Counted from the whole stretch's first letter, positions 11,360-24,455 are shown. The stretch is DNA of 63,817 bases, filler included, from Choristocarpus tenellus KU-1152 (GCA_964200185.2; 7 parts of 7 records of this genome joined end to end with filler, not necessarily neighbours in it), one strand, 5' to 3'. Made by a program: numbers and translations. Notes: generated by a model from the sequence alone, not told the origin.

Positions 11360-14300
11360 GTCAATGTTGAGTGGAAGGCTTGAAAGGAGAATGCTTTAGC
11401 CCTTTCAGGGGGTTCCTTTCAATGAACCTTTGGTAGCTTCTGTCTGTTTTGGGCGGGCCCAGCTCATAGTTGTGGGTCAGAAGCATTACACATCGACAAA
11501 TCTCCAAAGACTCAACTGCCAGGAGCTTCAAACTATTACTACATGGCGCCCTCTCCATTGTACTCAACATCCATTTTTGCAGTCATTGAAAGCAACGGAG
11601 TCAACGTATGGGTAGTGTTTGCTGAAGTGTACCCCACCTCACCAGCTTGGTTATGATGGTGCTCATATAATCAGTCTTTTAAATGTCTTTCCACACTTCG
11701 GGGCAGCTTTGGATGCTACCTACACCTACGGTACTTGTAGTCAAAGCAGCAGAGGAGTCCCACGGTTGCTCCTCATGGATTGGCAAGGGAAGAGGTACAG
11801 GGAGACACACTAGATTCCCACAATTAACAGGATTTGAAGTGTTCCACGTGCTATGAGGCTTGGAAACAACATAGCAAAGTGAGACTTGCAAGTACAGCAC
11901 AAAATACCCTACCACTTGGAAAACTGGGGGTGCATGGGCTCTAGGCCACACCCAAATCCCCCTGTAAACAATGACCTGAAAGTACTGCACCGACAGTGGT
12001 CTTTTGGTTATTACTAAGCACCAGCAAAGCTTCTGATCTGGCAGTTGCAGAGCACCACCACTTGAGTTTTCTATGTGATTGTGAGGCGGCTTCCACAATT
12101 TAGATGCATTGAACCTGGTTGTGATACGTGCATCATTCCTTGTTTTATTTTAATCCACATACCTTTTTCCCTCAAGCTGACTGCTGGCTAGGTTGTGAGT
12201 CCACCTCACCTTTTCTTGGCCATCCGTGTGTTTCTTCCTCTTTTTTTTTCTACTTGTCAGGTTTCTGACAAAACTATGCTTTCAAATTTAGCCATAGCTA
12301 CAACTCTCTTGGAGACTCTTTGTTCACAATTTCCACATCAGATTACAGTATTGTGGGACAGAGGGATTCCAGGAAATCTAAGAATTTTCGAAAACTTGCC
12401 ACAAAAATGCAACACATCTGCTCCTACACTCACTGAACTTTTGCAGGTGAACCCAAGTCCAAAGACGAGTTGAAATAAATGGCAAAATCAAAACAGGCAT
12501 GTTCTACAGAATATGTACACGATTGTGCCGTAACCCTTAACAGCATTGTTAACCTTTCGCTTCTCTTCTGACCATCATCTGGGAGATAATGGGACAACTG
12601 TGCCTGACAGCGCTAGACCCTTAAGGTACTCTTCTAATTCTCATCGACACTAAGGTCGTGCACCTCTACAATCAAGCGAAGATTGTTATCAGATACAATA
12701 TTTCAGATAAAAGACGTCCATCTCTACAGACAATAACTTGGAGGTCGGAAGCAGTTCCTTGACTAACAGAGCTGGTAGTCATATGGAGGGCTTGCCCTCG
12801 GTGATACACCACATTGGACTGACTGGTGCCGATGACTTCATTGCCAGGATATGGAATTGTGTTGCAGTTACCACGGCTGCCTTAGGGGGTTGTGATCTCC
12901 GTGAATGAAGAGGTGCAATCCGTAGGAAAGTGCAAACCATACGAGACACAACAAGTACCATTGATTGGCAGAGACCCAGATTTCAGCTTCATCAAGGTAG
13001 GTTGATCCGACTGTCCAAACCATTATTACAACACATTTGCTACTGACAAAACACAGCACTAGTGTATAAGAGAGGGAGCGGTTCCATCTTCGGCCAGGCC
13101 CGCCCAGAGTTCCTGGAGGTCTTTTTATTGGAGGCTATCTGAAACATGAGCTCTGATGAAATGGGCAATGATTGCCAGACTGGCAAGCCTTATGTTGGCA
13201 CATTGCATTGCACACAACCCAACCATTAGCCACCCACACACAGCAAAATGCCAAGCCATACCTGGTTCCTCACAAGAGGGCGAAGGTTTTTGGTGATGGT
13301 TGTCATCACGTGTTCTGTAACCTGCTCGATGGAGGTAGCTGCATCTGTTGCCTTGTGGAACAGACGGGAAGTGGGTGATGCACTGAGGGCCTCGAGCTCT
13401 GCACAATCATCACAGACAATTCTTGCATTGAATCCGACTGCAACAGGCTTGTCGGTCAGCCCACAGGTGCTGCACTGCTCTCCCTGCTTGAGTGCCGTCT
13501 GTTGTATTCCACACAACCCAGGGAGAAGGAGGGCATGTGTTGGGAGAGAGAGCAAGGGAATGGGTCGCAAATAATCAGTGGCATGAGACCATGGACATTT
13601 CAAAGAACACAAAAGGCAGTTGGAGAGGCAGTTTTGTTTTCCACAAGGCAACAGTGACTTGCGAAAAGATCCTACGGATCAGTCAGAGGAGAAACACCTG
13701 GAATATGAACGCTAAACTCTGAAGATGAAAAAAAAACAGTAAGAGATTTTTTTGGTCGGGGTGTGGTGGTGAATTGACTGTGGCCCTGAATGGAATCGTT
13801 CACCTTGGCCTCTAGCGAATGTCGATCCACCAAGGCAACCATGCCATTTTGTAGCTTGACGAGGATAGAGGTAACCACCTGGGCAGCACAAACATGAACA
13901 TGATTTACGTTTGGAGTGGTGATCTTCCATTTGATAACTAACTTCAAACATTGTTGTAAGAATTTCCTTGGGTGTTGTGGGCACTTGATGAGCTGGGGGG
14001 GAGGCAAAACAATACAAATATGATTTTGTAGCCTTAACACAGAAAAATGCTATATATATATATCAACATCAGGCTGGTAAAATTGCTGCAATCTAGTGTT
14101 CAGGGGGGCGTCTTCTTGCGAGTACCTCATAAGTTCACAGAGTACAAAAGATGAAGGAAGGTAGGTAGTGAACGTTGTACTAAGTGCTGTTGTCCCACTC
14201 TCCATCACATGCTCACAACTAGAATTGCACCCAGGGCACTCAACTCCACGTGGCACAAGGACCAATCAATAGCACCATGCAACAATAGCTAGAACAGTTG

Positions 14301-14510
14301 GCTTACATCACCGCTCTTCCCATCATCTTCCTTCATGACAACAGCTGGTCTAAAGCCATGGATGCCACAGACCCATACCCTCTCTCCCACAGTGACATTG
14401 TATGTAGAAGGGTTGATGTCGGCGACCTCCCGGTTGGTGTTGGAGAGTTCATTGCCCTGCTGAATAGACGAAGGGGTCACATTGGATAGGGATAGATCAT
14501 TTGCATTCAT
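11360..14510 (-). pseudogene. Decayed, apparently intron-less Cys-rich coding region (possible transposon or viral cargo)
   Basis: Chain of co-oriented broken ORFs with CxxC pairs (CPGC, CSTC...CDDC, CSCLCC) and an N-terminal VGERVWV...FRPAVV motif; many stops and frameshifts; family not recognised. Confidence 0.3.
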
Positions 14511-15519
14511 TTAATTTTTTTGTGGAAGGATGCCATGGGCAGACGGAAAGCTGTGGTGGATCTTAAGTCGTTTTGAATAAAGTATTGAAACATGCGATTG
14601 AATTAGTTGTGCTCTTGTACAGTGACAGGTTCGTTGTGGTGAAGGGGTGTCATAGTTCAATGAAGCACTGGTAAAGCCATGCTGACGAACCTAGTGACAT
14701 GTTGTGCACAGTCAGAGGTTATCTGGTACAGAGATGTAGGATATTCCTTGTTGCATTCAACGTAAAAGATTCACGCTGATGAACCTTGTGACATGCTGTG
14801 AAGAAGGGTTTTGTGGATATTTTAACTTCGAATACATTGCATTGCATGCAGTTGTGTGTCAGGTACGCTTAGTGCAGAGTTAACTCGAAGTCCAAGTGAG
14901 GGCAAAGATAACTATAGAAGAAAGAATAATCAGCATATGATATACAACTGGTGGTTTTGATGTGAAGATCAAAAAACAAAGAAACAAACTCGAATCAGTA
15001 TCTGGGATAACTCATATGGCACATACTATGCTTGTATGTTTGACAGATGTCGACTGTTCCATACTGCCTACGCACCATTAGGTTTTAACAGTAATTGATG
15101 ATGGTATGATCAGGTACCAACGACGAAATGTGAGTAATGACCAGTACCGATGTGCGAATCAATAGTCAGTATGAACTGGTAATATTGTATTGTATCAATG
15201 GTACAAAAGATGAGTAGCCTATGTTTTAACATAAATATCGTGGTCTCAACTTGCAAGAGAAGGATGTATACCCAAGCAGGAGAAGGTGCACACGCACCTG
15301 AACTCACCAACATTCCATCTGATCTTTGCTTCAAGCATTCAATGGTTGGGTTTGTATACACTATGCAATGCCCCATTGGTGCAATTTTTTGGGAAATCAC
15401 TGTGGAGCCATGATTGTATCCTGTGTATACTCTTCCAAAGGTGAAGTCCTGGCGGCTGTTGAAATAGAACTTATTCGAAGGGCGTCAGGAAAGGAATTTG
15501 TCTTCCGTTCCGGCACCTT

Positions 15520-16270
15520 CTAGGGACCCACCCCCTGCCCCGGAACACGAGCGACCCACAAGATATTCCTACTCGTTGACTCACCCCAAACCCAGCCGCC
15601 ACCCTCTCCATGTCGAAAGACAGGTCGCCGATGTCCAAGATGGAGCTGTAGCATAGGCCATTCTCCTTCGGATGTTTGGTCGCATCCGGAGAAGGAGGAC
15701 AAGCAGAGAGGATGGTCAGTAGGGTGAACGCAGGAGTACTTCACAGGGTTGAGGACAGCAGAATGTGCGGAACGAACGCTTGCTGGTGGAGGTTGAAGCT
15801 TGATGCACAAACGGAGGAAGTGCTTAGAATCGAACATACTGAGTGGCCTTGATAATACTGATATCCGACTTTCCCTGCAACTGTGTGCGCACTACCTTCG
15901 AACTTCGGGTCCAAGACGACCGAGGGAGTAATCGCAGATAGATACGGATGGGTTGGAATTTGAGCCAGGGACGGGCGAAGGATATCCTGAAGTGGTTTCA
16001 CCTCTAACGTGTAAGGGGAGAAAGGATGGGGCATCAACAGGTGCATCGATTTTCCAGTCTACCTCTGCTTGTCCACCCCTACTCCGTATACCTGCATCAG
16101 ACCCCCTTGTTCTCTTGGATCTAACCAAAGTACATATTTGTGTTTGGGGTATCTTGTCATCTCAGAGGGACGGACTCTTTCCCTCACCTCGCCAGGAGTA
16201 CGGTGCGACTCCATCCTGGGCTCAGGACCTGGACTGAGAACCTCTTGTGTCGAATTAAAAAGAACTGTTT
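15520..16270 (-). pseudogene. Frameshifted segment encoding the same repeat motifs as the 667-aa ORF
   Basis: TTSGYPSP and AITPSVVLDPKF in adjacent frames versus LTSGYPSS and VSPSVVWDPTF in 7855-9782. Confidence 0.45.
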
Positions 16271-17596
16271 AATGGCGTGTACCAGCCGAAACAAGCTGTT
16301 CAGATTTTCGACTTAGAAGCCCTCTTCCTTGATCTTGTGGGGCTAGGTGGAACGAACAACAAATCACTCTTTCCGTATCATGAACGTATCACACCACCTC
16401 GTCACAATGTGAAGTATGATTCTCCTGTATTAATTATATGTAGTATTATTGTAGTGTAATATATTTATTTCATCATACAATTTCGACACTTAATAATATT
16501 ACTACTACTACCACCATTACTACTGTTGTATTGATACAGTGCCGACAGTTACAGAGGAATTTGTAGATGGACCGTATCATAGAAGGGGGAATAAAGAAGA
16601 ACTATACTTGAAAGTTCAAGGTGTGTGAGGAACGCAACACCAACAACACATAAGACAACAGTCTGTTTTTAATGAACCTGAGCTCAAACTTTGGCGGTGG
16701 AAAGGTTCAGACGCCTAAGCACGCAACAGGCAGAGCAATACCTGGATCACCTGGCAACAGTTGATCTGTACTTTTTTTTTTTCATTATCGTTCTCGTGAA
16801 ATACGTGATGAGTGACGTCTTGATGGAAGTGATGCAAGACTCAGCTTTTGCTTTTTCCTGTTGGACGCTAGCAATGGTGGCGGCATTAATGGCAATATTC
16901 CCCAACTACTTGGATTGCCTTGGTCTTGAGTGCCTCTTAGTTATTGTGTATCGATTTTTCTCTTCCACTTACCTCTTTTTTGTTTCTGTCCTGTAAGAGT
17001 GTTGTTCTTGTCCGTGGTGATGACTTGGTGTACTTCATTGAGCGCTCCCAAATTTATCATATTACAACTAGGACAACGTAACATTTGCAGACACTAGTTT
17101 TACAAACAATGGAAGACTCTCCTGACAAGTGTTCTAAGAGCAAATGACCCCAAGAATTTGTTGGAGAACAGGTGCTGTAGATCAAGTAGGCTTGACTACT
17201 TGCCAAACAAACAACAGACATTGCAGAGCAAGTGGAGCCAAGAATCCTCCTTGACAACGAATGCTCAGAGCAAAAGACCCAAGCTGACTGTTTGCTGGAC
17301 AACAAACAATATTATAGAGCAAATGGCATGAAGAGATTGTTGGACACAATGGATATTATTATCAATAGTATTGTGGACAATCACACATATTGTCCCTCTG
17401 GCATCGTCTCTTCCATTGTCGCTTTCTATGCTGTACAACCTCTGACCAGAGGTTTGATAAGTCCTAAACAATGATGACTGGTCCTTCATTGCTCTGTCAG
17501 TGTTAATCCTGCTCCTTTTTGCTATAAACAGCGGATTTTAGAAATTGAGGATGGAGCGTACTATTGAGGATGGTTTTGACCGAAAATGTTGCGGAA

Positions 17597-17696
17597 NNNN
17601 NNNNNNNNNNNNNNNNNNNNNNNNNNNNNNNNNNNNNNNNTTAATTAATTAANNNNNNNNNNNNNNNNNNNNNNNNNNNNNNNNNNNNNNNNNNNN
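17597..17696. other. Artificial contig linker
   Basis: Same 100-nt N/TTAATTAATTAA/N block. Confidence 0.97.
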
Positions 17697-18276
17697 AACA
17701 AATCCAACACGAAAGTACACAAGGGGCGAGCCAGCAAGTGCCATGTGTGAGACTCTCAAAAAGTATAACCCCCCCCCCCTCCCCCCCCCCATGGGACTTG
17801 AAGGATCGTTGTAAGTCTCACTCTTTGTCATTGAATGTAACGTGATCGGCAAAAACCTCTCCGTCCCTGAGTACCACCTAACCAACAATTGCAGTTCAAT
17901 ACGAAAAAAAAAAAGAAGGAAAACCAACAACAAATATTCGATTCAAATTCTCGATATCATAGTAGTGTCCAGGAGAGCTGAAAACAATCCATGCTCAACC
18001 CTTCAACCTCACAGCAATACCGTATGACAAATGACCAATCAGGATTAAAACACCACTTGCTGCACAACTGAAACTTTGACCTCTCCAACGCCACATACCT
18101 CCTCAATGCCACCACAAACACCGGTAAATCTGTTGCTTCAACCCCAACCCTTCACTTCACTTCCCTGGAAAACACACACACACACGCGCGCACACACACC
18201 ATATAAAAAAAAACAGGAGTGGACCTGCCTTCAAACACTCTCCTCTCTTTGCAATCTGAAAACAAAGAACTCTTCC

Positions 18277-18280
<4 letters not shown>

Positions 18281-18312
<32 letters not shown>
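18281..18312. repeat. (AG)n microsatellite
   Basis: About 16 AG units. Confidence 0.95.
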
Positions 18313-18314
<2 letters not shown>

Positions 18315-18697
18315 GTAGACAGGCTAAACAACGGAAATGTGACAAAACAAGACAACAGTAGGGATGAGAACAAAACCAGTGTCCGATTAATGCACACATT
18401 CAATACCGGGGTCCCCTGAGATAAAAAAAACAAATGGTATGCTTGGTGGCTTGCTATCGATGAATTAACAATACATGACTTCATGTCACACCAGCAGCAG
18501 GTGCCTTGGCCTCCAGGCACAATTCAAAGCCCAAACATGATGTGCCCTAACCCTCACTCAAATGTCAACGTAACTATCAGAAAAAAAAAAAATCGTCTCC
18601 CGAACATGAAACCTAGACGCGGATCTGGAGCCCTCTATTCTCGCCTCTTGCATAAGCAAATGACCTGACCGATTGATAGGGTCATCATCCAATCTCG

Positions 18698-21132
18698 TTA
18701 CTTGATGATCACCACCTGTTTGGCCCACCAGGAGCTCAGAGACTTCTCCAGGAAACCGGCCTGGAACCCCCCCTTTGATCTCATCGATACCTTCTCCTTC
18801 TGAAGAGCAAAAACACCAGAGAACGCTGTTGTCTCCACAACCATCACCACATAGCCTGCCAAGGTGGCGAGCATCACACAAACGTTAGTAAGGCCCACTG
18901 GTCCAACACCATCTACGGGACGAAGTTGACAAAACATGGATAGGCCAAAATGTATTTCCCACAGAAAGGACATAGGCACCTTTGGCAAGCCTGCCTGCTG
19001 CCTACAGAGGCCTATCCGTCTTACCCCTGTAACAGCCTCTACATCACTGTAAGAACCAAAACACTTCCTCAACGACAAAATTTGCGTTGTCCCTTCATCA
19101 ATGTGCACATCTTCAAGGGTTGGGAGCGGTTATTGCTCCTCACATTGTCACACTGTCCACCTTATCTATTCCATGCACTAGCTATTCAAGATACAGCTGC
19201 AGAAGTCTTGGTTTGATGATAAAAATAATACTACTAATGATATGGGCGCTTCGATTTTTTTTTTCTTCAATACCTACAATAATAGATACAAATATCATTT
19301 ATCTCTCATGGATATAAAATTTGAATATTTGCATAACAAGATGTACACAGGTATTTTATGTGCACTATACCTCAAATAGGGTAGCATCTGCAATCCCAGC
19401 TGATGTGCTTGTTGCACTGTAAAAGGTGGTCCTGTGCCCTCATCGCTTGTCACTCTTACCAGTATTCACACCACCCACAACAACCCAAGTGAGGAGAGGC
19501 AACACCCTTCAAAATAACCACGCAAACTTGGCACATAATTGTACAAATGCAAATGCATTACATTTGATATCCCTCTCTACTGTTGAACCTGGCATCCGAA
19601 TATAACTCTCTCAACAAAAACACATAAACACCACCGACCGTAAACCACCCTATGTAGTTCACCAAGGATGGTTCTAACATGAACCGCACCAATAGAACCT
19701 TCGCCTTCATCCTTGTACCACACCTCAGGTAAGAACTTTGGTACCACTTCTCTCACACCAAGTACCTCAAGTAAGAACTAGATGCCGTGCGGTTCAAGTC
19801 TCTCTCTTTTTTTTTTTTCATCAGTGATGAAAGACATACAACTAGATAGGGGATAGGAGGCAATACATAACAGAAGTAGTAGCATCCATGTAAGTAACTT
19901 GACCTAAATATCCCAACGATTGAAATCAGAAACGCTCACTGCAAAGCACCCCCTTTTAGCCACAACAATAACATTTTACCGCTCCCATTGCTACACTCAA
20001 AATTCACTGCATATACCCACTCCAACAAAGACAAATCACTAGTGTCATTGAACTTCTTGAAAACATGCAAACCGCCTACACACTAACAAAAACTTGTGAG
20101 CAGTAGACGGCCGAAGGTTTAAAAAAAGTACAGTTGAAACATAGTTCAATTAAAGTACTACACAGTGTGGTTATATTGTCCTAAAATAGCCACTAGAAGA
20201 GCAAAATATCTTATCCCGTTACACCTCTTACTCACCCTTCTTCATCATATTCTTCATTGCATGCCCCCAAGCAAAAAGGATGGCTGCACCTCCCGACTGG
20301 AGCTGTCGACTGTCCTTGTCCCATAGAGGACCAGCCATGAAACGGTAGCCCAGACCATCCCTCCTCCTACATTCACCACGAGATTCATAACAGCATGCAG
20401 AAGGCATGGTGGATACCAAAACAAGGACAGTTGGTGGCAGGGTATAAAATCTAGTCCTGATATGATTCTGAGGAGACAGACACTACAACATGAGTGACGC
20501 AGTTGATGCTGCAAGGGAACTAGATAATACTGTCTCCCTAACTAGACTCTCTTTTCACGATAGCCATGTGCACCAACAATGCATCATACGGGGGCTGTTG
20601 GCCAAGGTCCCACTTGTTCAATATGCCTCTTCCACTTTCATTGAGGAGGCAACTGAGCAAAAAGCTTATTGGCTCTCCAGCAACCGTCGCCTCAGTCTCT
20701 CCTCTCCTAGATACCCTCTACAAAAACAGCACTAGAGGGATGCTGGTGAAACTAACTTTGCTGAAACTTCGTTCCCCCCTCGATGATACACGTACTCTCT
20801 AACGAACACACTGCATACTGCACTGAAGCCAATTCGTTGCTGGTGAGACCAAAGGGGAAAGGCGCAAAAGTAAAAAATAAAAATAAATATAAATAAAAGG
20901 GGATGATACTATGATACTATGATACTACGATACTAACTACCCAGGACGCCCGCTTATCAAAGGGAGAATGAGAGCAAATGCAACGAGCAGAAGAATTGAG
21001 AATAAAAAATACACCTGAGAAAGGAGAATGAAGACATACCGTGTTAAAGTGGCAGTTACAGTAACTCACATGGTTTCCAGGAACTGGACCGTGGACGAAG
21101 ACGCGTTGATGAAGGCCACCGCCAAGCAGCAG
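18698..21132 (-). CDS. Last three exons of an uncharacterised protein (possibly a stramenopile VPS13-like C-terminus); 5' part off-contig
   Basis: Exons 21132-21070, 20366-20236 and 18855-18698 with GT-AG ends and matching phases (AT|G, G|GC) give CCLAVAFINASSSTVQFLETMRRDGLGYRFMAGPLWDKDSRQLQSGGAAILFAWGHAMKNMMKKGYVVMVVETTAFSGVFALQKEKVSMRSKGGFQAGFLEKSLSSWWAKQVVIIK*. Family assignment is from memory of the GGA..F.WG / GFLEKS...WWAK motifs only. Confidence 0.75.
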
Positions 21133-21340
21133 CTAGCGCACAACCCGTTGTGATTGCTGTCCCTAGTCACACATCACACAAACAGGTCGGATTATTTAAA
21201 AGAAAAATATATATTAAAAAAAAACACAAGTTTACACCATGATCACCAAAAGTGACCCTCAGAATGGATACATACACATTGCACATATAAATAAACATTT
21301 ACATACATAAAACATGCATACACATACACATACATCTAAA

Positions 21341-21389
21341 GAGTCAAAGTATCTAGGGGGGGGGGGGGGGTCGGCGGCCGTTTTTCACC
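21341..21389 (+). mobile_element. MITE family B terminus at contig end
   Basis: GAGTCAAAGTATCTAGGGGG... Confidence 0.6.
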
Positions 21390-21489
21390 NNNNNNNNNNN
21401 NNNNNNNNNNNNNNNNNNNNNNNNNNNNNNNNNTTAATTAATTAANNNNNNNNNNNNNNNNNNNNNNNNNNNNNNNNNNNNNNNNNNNN
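21390..21489. other. Artificial contig linker
   Basis: Same 100-nt N/TTAATTAATTAA/N block. Confidence 0.97.
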
Positions 21490-21562
21490 AAAACCTAGAG
21501 GGAAGCCAAGCCCCAAATGGACAAACAGGGAAAAACTCATACCCTCTAAGATACTATCACTC
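21490..21562 (+). mobile_element. MITE family A, right end at contig start
   Basis: CCCCAAATGGACAAACAGGGAAAAACTCATACCCTCTAAGATACTATCACTC. Confidence 0.88.
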
Positions 21563-21906
21563 AACTCAACTAGGCATGCTACTTCACGATGAATGCAAAC
21601 ATTTGTTCACTTCATGAAGCACAAAAACCACCAGTTATCCCTAACCAACCACAACATATTCTAAAATACTTACTGAGCAAAAGCACACGAACATTGATAC
21701 TTCAACCATACTTAAATCTAACCCAAGCCATGTTTTTCCTCCATAAAAGTCCAAATTAAAAAATTGCTCGAAGTAGTGACAGAATATATTTCAATACTAA
21801 CCCTAACCCAACTATAACCAAGTACATGCGCATGTATCTACAAAAAGCACTGTAAATCCCACACATGCAAGCAACTAACCCTAGAATCACGACATGGAAA
21901 AATGGC

Positions 21907-21952
21907 CCCCAAATGGGCAGCCGCCCACCCCCACCCTCAGATACTTTGGCCC
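21907..21952. mobile_element. MITE family B, isolated terminus
   Basis: CCCCAAATGGGCAGCCGCCCACCCCCACCCTCAGATACTTTGGCCC. Confidence 0.55.
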
Positions 21953-22642
21953 AGCTGTACACAAGTATTTGGGGTGGGCTGTGCTGGAGGATAAAGAGGA
22001 GGGAATGTTTTGTCCGTCAATAGTCATGGTGCTCGAGAAGCGCTAGGGGGAAAGGGTACAGTTGGTGGTTGTGTCGGCTGTGCTTGGGAGGAAGAGGGGA
22101 AGCTCGACAATCTCACAGCTACAGTGCTGCAACGGTACCACAAAGAAGGCGCAGGGTGAGGCTGTTCCTGGGTAACGGTGGTAGGCTGGGTCAGCGGGGG
22201 TCTATGCCTGCCTGTATAGGAGCAAATGACCTAACCAGAAGAAGCATATGCAACTTTTGGTGAACATGGAAATATAAAAGAACGAAAGGATCACAGGCCA
22301 GGGCCATGCTACTGTAGGAACCATAAAATCAAACAAATTGCCTTCTTCCTGGTCAACCAATCCTCTCTAATTGTTTCGGAAAATGGTTGGAGTACACCAG
22401 GCAGAAGAAAAGGGGGTGGCGTTGGCAATATAGTCTCGAACATCAACTGCTTTGCATCAAGGGATTGCTACTCAAATAATATCATCATCTATAATTACCC
22501 AACATCACTGGTCTAAGATCTTGTGAACCCCTCCCGAGACTACTGTAAAAAAAAACACAGTTTTATGCACCATGTATCCATACATAGTCCAAATGTTTAC
22601 AGTTCAAATTAAGTAATAATTGTAAGAATCAATACAGGAATT

Positions 22643-22716
22643 GCTCTGGTGGTTTAGTTGGCTATAACGTGTGCCTCACACGCACAAGGTCCCGGGTTCG
22701 AGCCCCGGCTAGAGTA
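22643..22716 (+). tRNA. tRNA-Val (anticodon CAC)
   Basis: Full cloverleaf: acceptor GCTCTGG/CTAGAGT (two G-U pairs), anticodon stem TGTGC/GCACA with CT-CAC-AC loop, T arm CCGGG-TTCGAGC-CCCGG, discriminator A, TTTT just downstream. Confidence 0.93.
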
Positions 22717-22845
22717 CTAAGTACTTTTCGTGTTTTGCGAAAACTTGTAAATTCTTTATTCGAGGTCCTTCCAATATTTATTGGTTTGACTTTTTATTGA
22801 CACTTATCTGGAAAATTTTAGAGGACATAATAATAGAATCCACCC

Positions 22846-23184
22846 GAGGCGCGAAAGCGCACCCACTACGAGGGTTCTTTTGACATTCGTAGTTATAACT
22901 TCACTTTTGTGGTGGAGAGTTTTGAGCACCTTGGTAAGCAAGCGGAAAGTTTTCTGGATGAATTGACTATGCACGTGGTAGGGGGGAGAGGGGCAGGGGG
23001 TTACAACAGGAAAGGGGCTGTCAAATCCTGTCTACGACAAATAGTCCCAGTTACAACGCAGGTAGCCCTATCTAGATGTGTCATACGTTTTAAGCTGGAG
23101 ACACCAGGGAGATGGGTATGGAGGGGCTTGTTAGTTTCTTGGGATGCTTCCCTAGGTCCTCACCCTGGTGTTACAGGCGAATAG
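22846..23184 (+). mobile_element. 5'-truncated 3' end of a CRE-like (RLE-type) non-LTR retrotransposon
   Basis: Reads EARKRTHYEGSFD.RSY..VESFEHLGKQAESFLDEL..HVVGG..RKGAVKSCLRQIVPVTTQVALSR, the K..Y / VE.FG.LG tail typical of restriction-like endonuclease LINEs; second copy at 29319-29675. Confidence 0.7.
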
Positions 23185-23368
23185 CGCGAGCATTTCTTTC
23201 TGTGCGTCAAAATACGCGAACATAATACATACGTTAGAATTCATGTAAGAGAAACTTCGAATTGATAGAAGATGCAGAGTAAGATTCGAAATGCATACAT
23301 AACCTTACAGAATAGACTTCAGTTCCTTGCAGAGTAAAGATTTATGATTGGAGTAATTGCACAACAGT

Positions 23369-23630
23369 GAGCCAAATTATCTTAGAGGGTAAAGCTGCGT
23401 CCATTTGGGGGTCAAAATCCAATGTTGCGATTTTGATGTAATTTTGACTATCGTGTTTGTTAGGAAGTGTCAATATCCTTGTTCTGGACACTCCTTTTCT
23501 TAACAATGTGTACATTTTACCAACTCCAAAATCTTTTGGAGTAGGTAAAATATCATACACACCTCGAGGGAAGCCAAGCTCCAAATGGACAAACAGGGCA
23601 AAACTTGTACCCTCTGAGATACTTTCACTC
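23369..23630 (+). mobile_element. MITE family A, full length
   Basis: GAGCCAAATTATCTTAGAGGGTA ... TACCCTCTGAGATACTTTCACTC; flanks CAGT/AGTT (imperfect TSD). Confidence 0.9.
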
Positions 23631-24304
23631 AGTTGCAGAAGTCATTTAACTCTTTGGCTGTAGAAAAACGGTGAATGACGTTAATAAAAGGCTGAGTTGC
23701 TGACCACACGACTCAGTTCTTTGATTCTTACCCTCTTTTGATAAAGCGAAAAGCAAGATATTGACTGAGCTAAGCATCAACTGACACCGTATGTGGTCAT
23801 CATCTGTGGACCCCCGCGTAGCATTGTTTTAAGGTCGTTGGATTTGAGTTGCATATCCTGTGGAGGCGAATTCAGGGGCATGCTGTAACATAAGCTAGGT
23901 TGGAGGGACAGGAAGGCAAGTGGTGTAGCATAGCTATTTACGACAGCTGACATTTGAATGGTTTTTCTTTGGTTTTTCCCGACACATCTGCAAATGTTCG
24001 AGGGCATAATAATAAAATATAATGTTTTTGTATTACATCTATCCAGATGTGGACGGGACATCTACAGACTGGGTAGCAGCGGGTGTTAATGGTAAGGTCA
24101 ATTGCTGGGGACCACACATTGGTCAACCACCCAGAAATCTGTGTCCACAAAAAGTTCAGATGATTTGTGAACAAGAAGTTTCCTTCCATTTTCTAAAATA
24201 ACCTCATCAAATGATAAAGGATCTTGGTCGTGGAAAGGTGGCAGTAAATGTTGGTCTGGTCCATTCTCTTTGTATTCCTCTGCCATGAACCTCTGAAAAC
24301 GATT

Positions 24305-24355
24305 GAGCCAAAGTATCTTAGAGGGTAGAGCCGCGTCCATTTGGGGGTCAAAATA
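24305..24355 (+). mobile_element. MITE family A, left end at contig end
   Basis: GAGCCAAAGTATCTTAGAGGGTAGAGCCGCGTCCATTTGGGG. Confidence 0.88.
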
Positions 24356-24455
24356 NNNNNNNNNNNNNNNNNNNNNNNNNNNNNNNNNNNNNNNNNNNNT
24401 TAATTAATTAANNNNNNNNNNNNNNNNNNNNNNNNNNNNNNNNNNNNNNNNNNNN
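24356..24455. other. Artificial contig linker
   Basis: Same 100-nt N/TTAATTAATTAA/N block. Confidence 0.97.
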
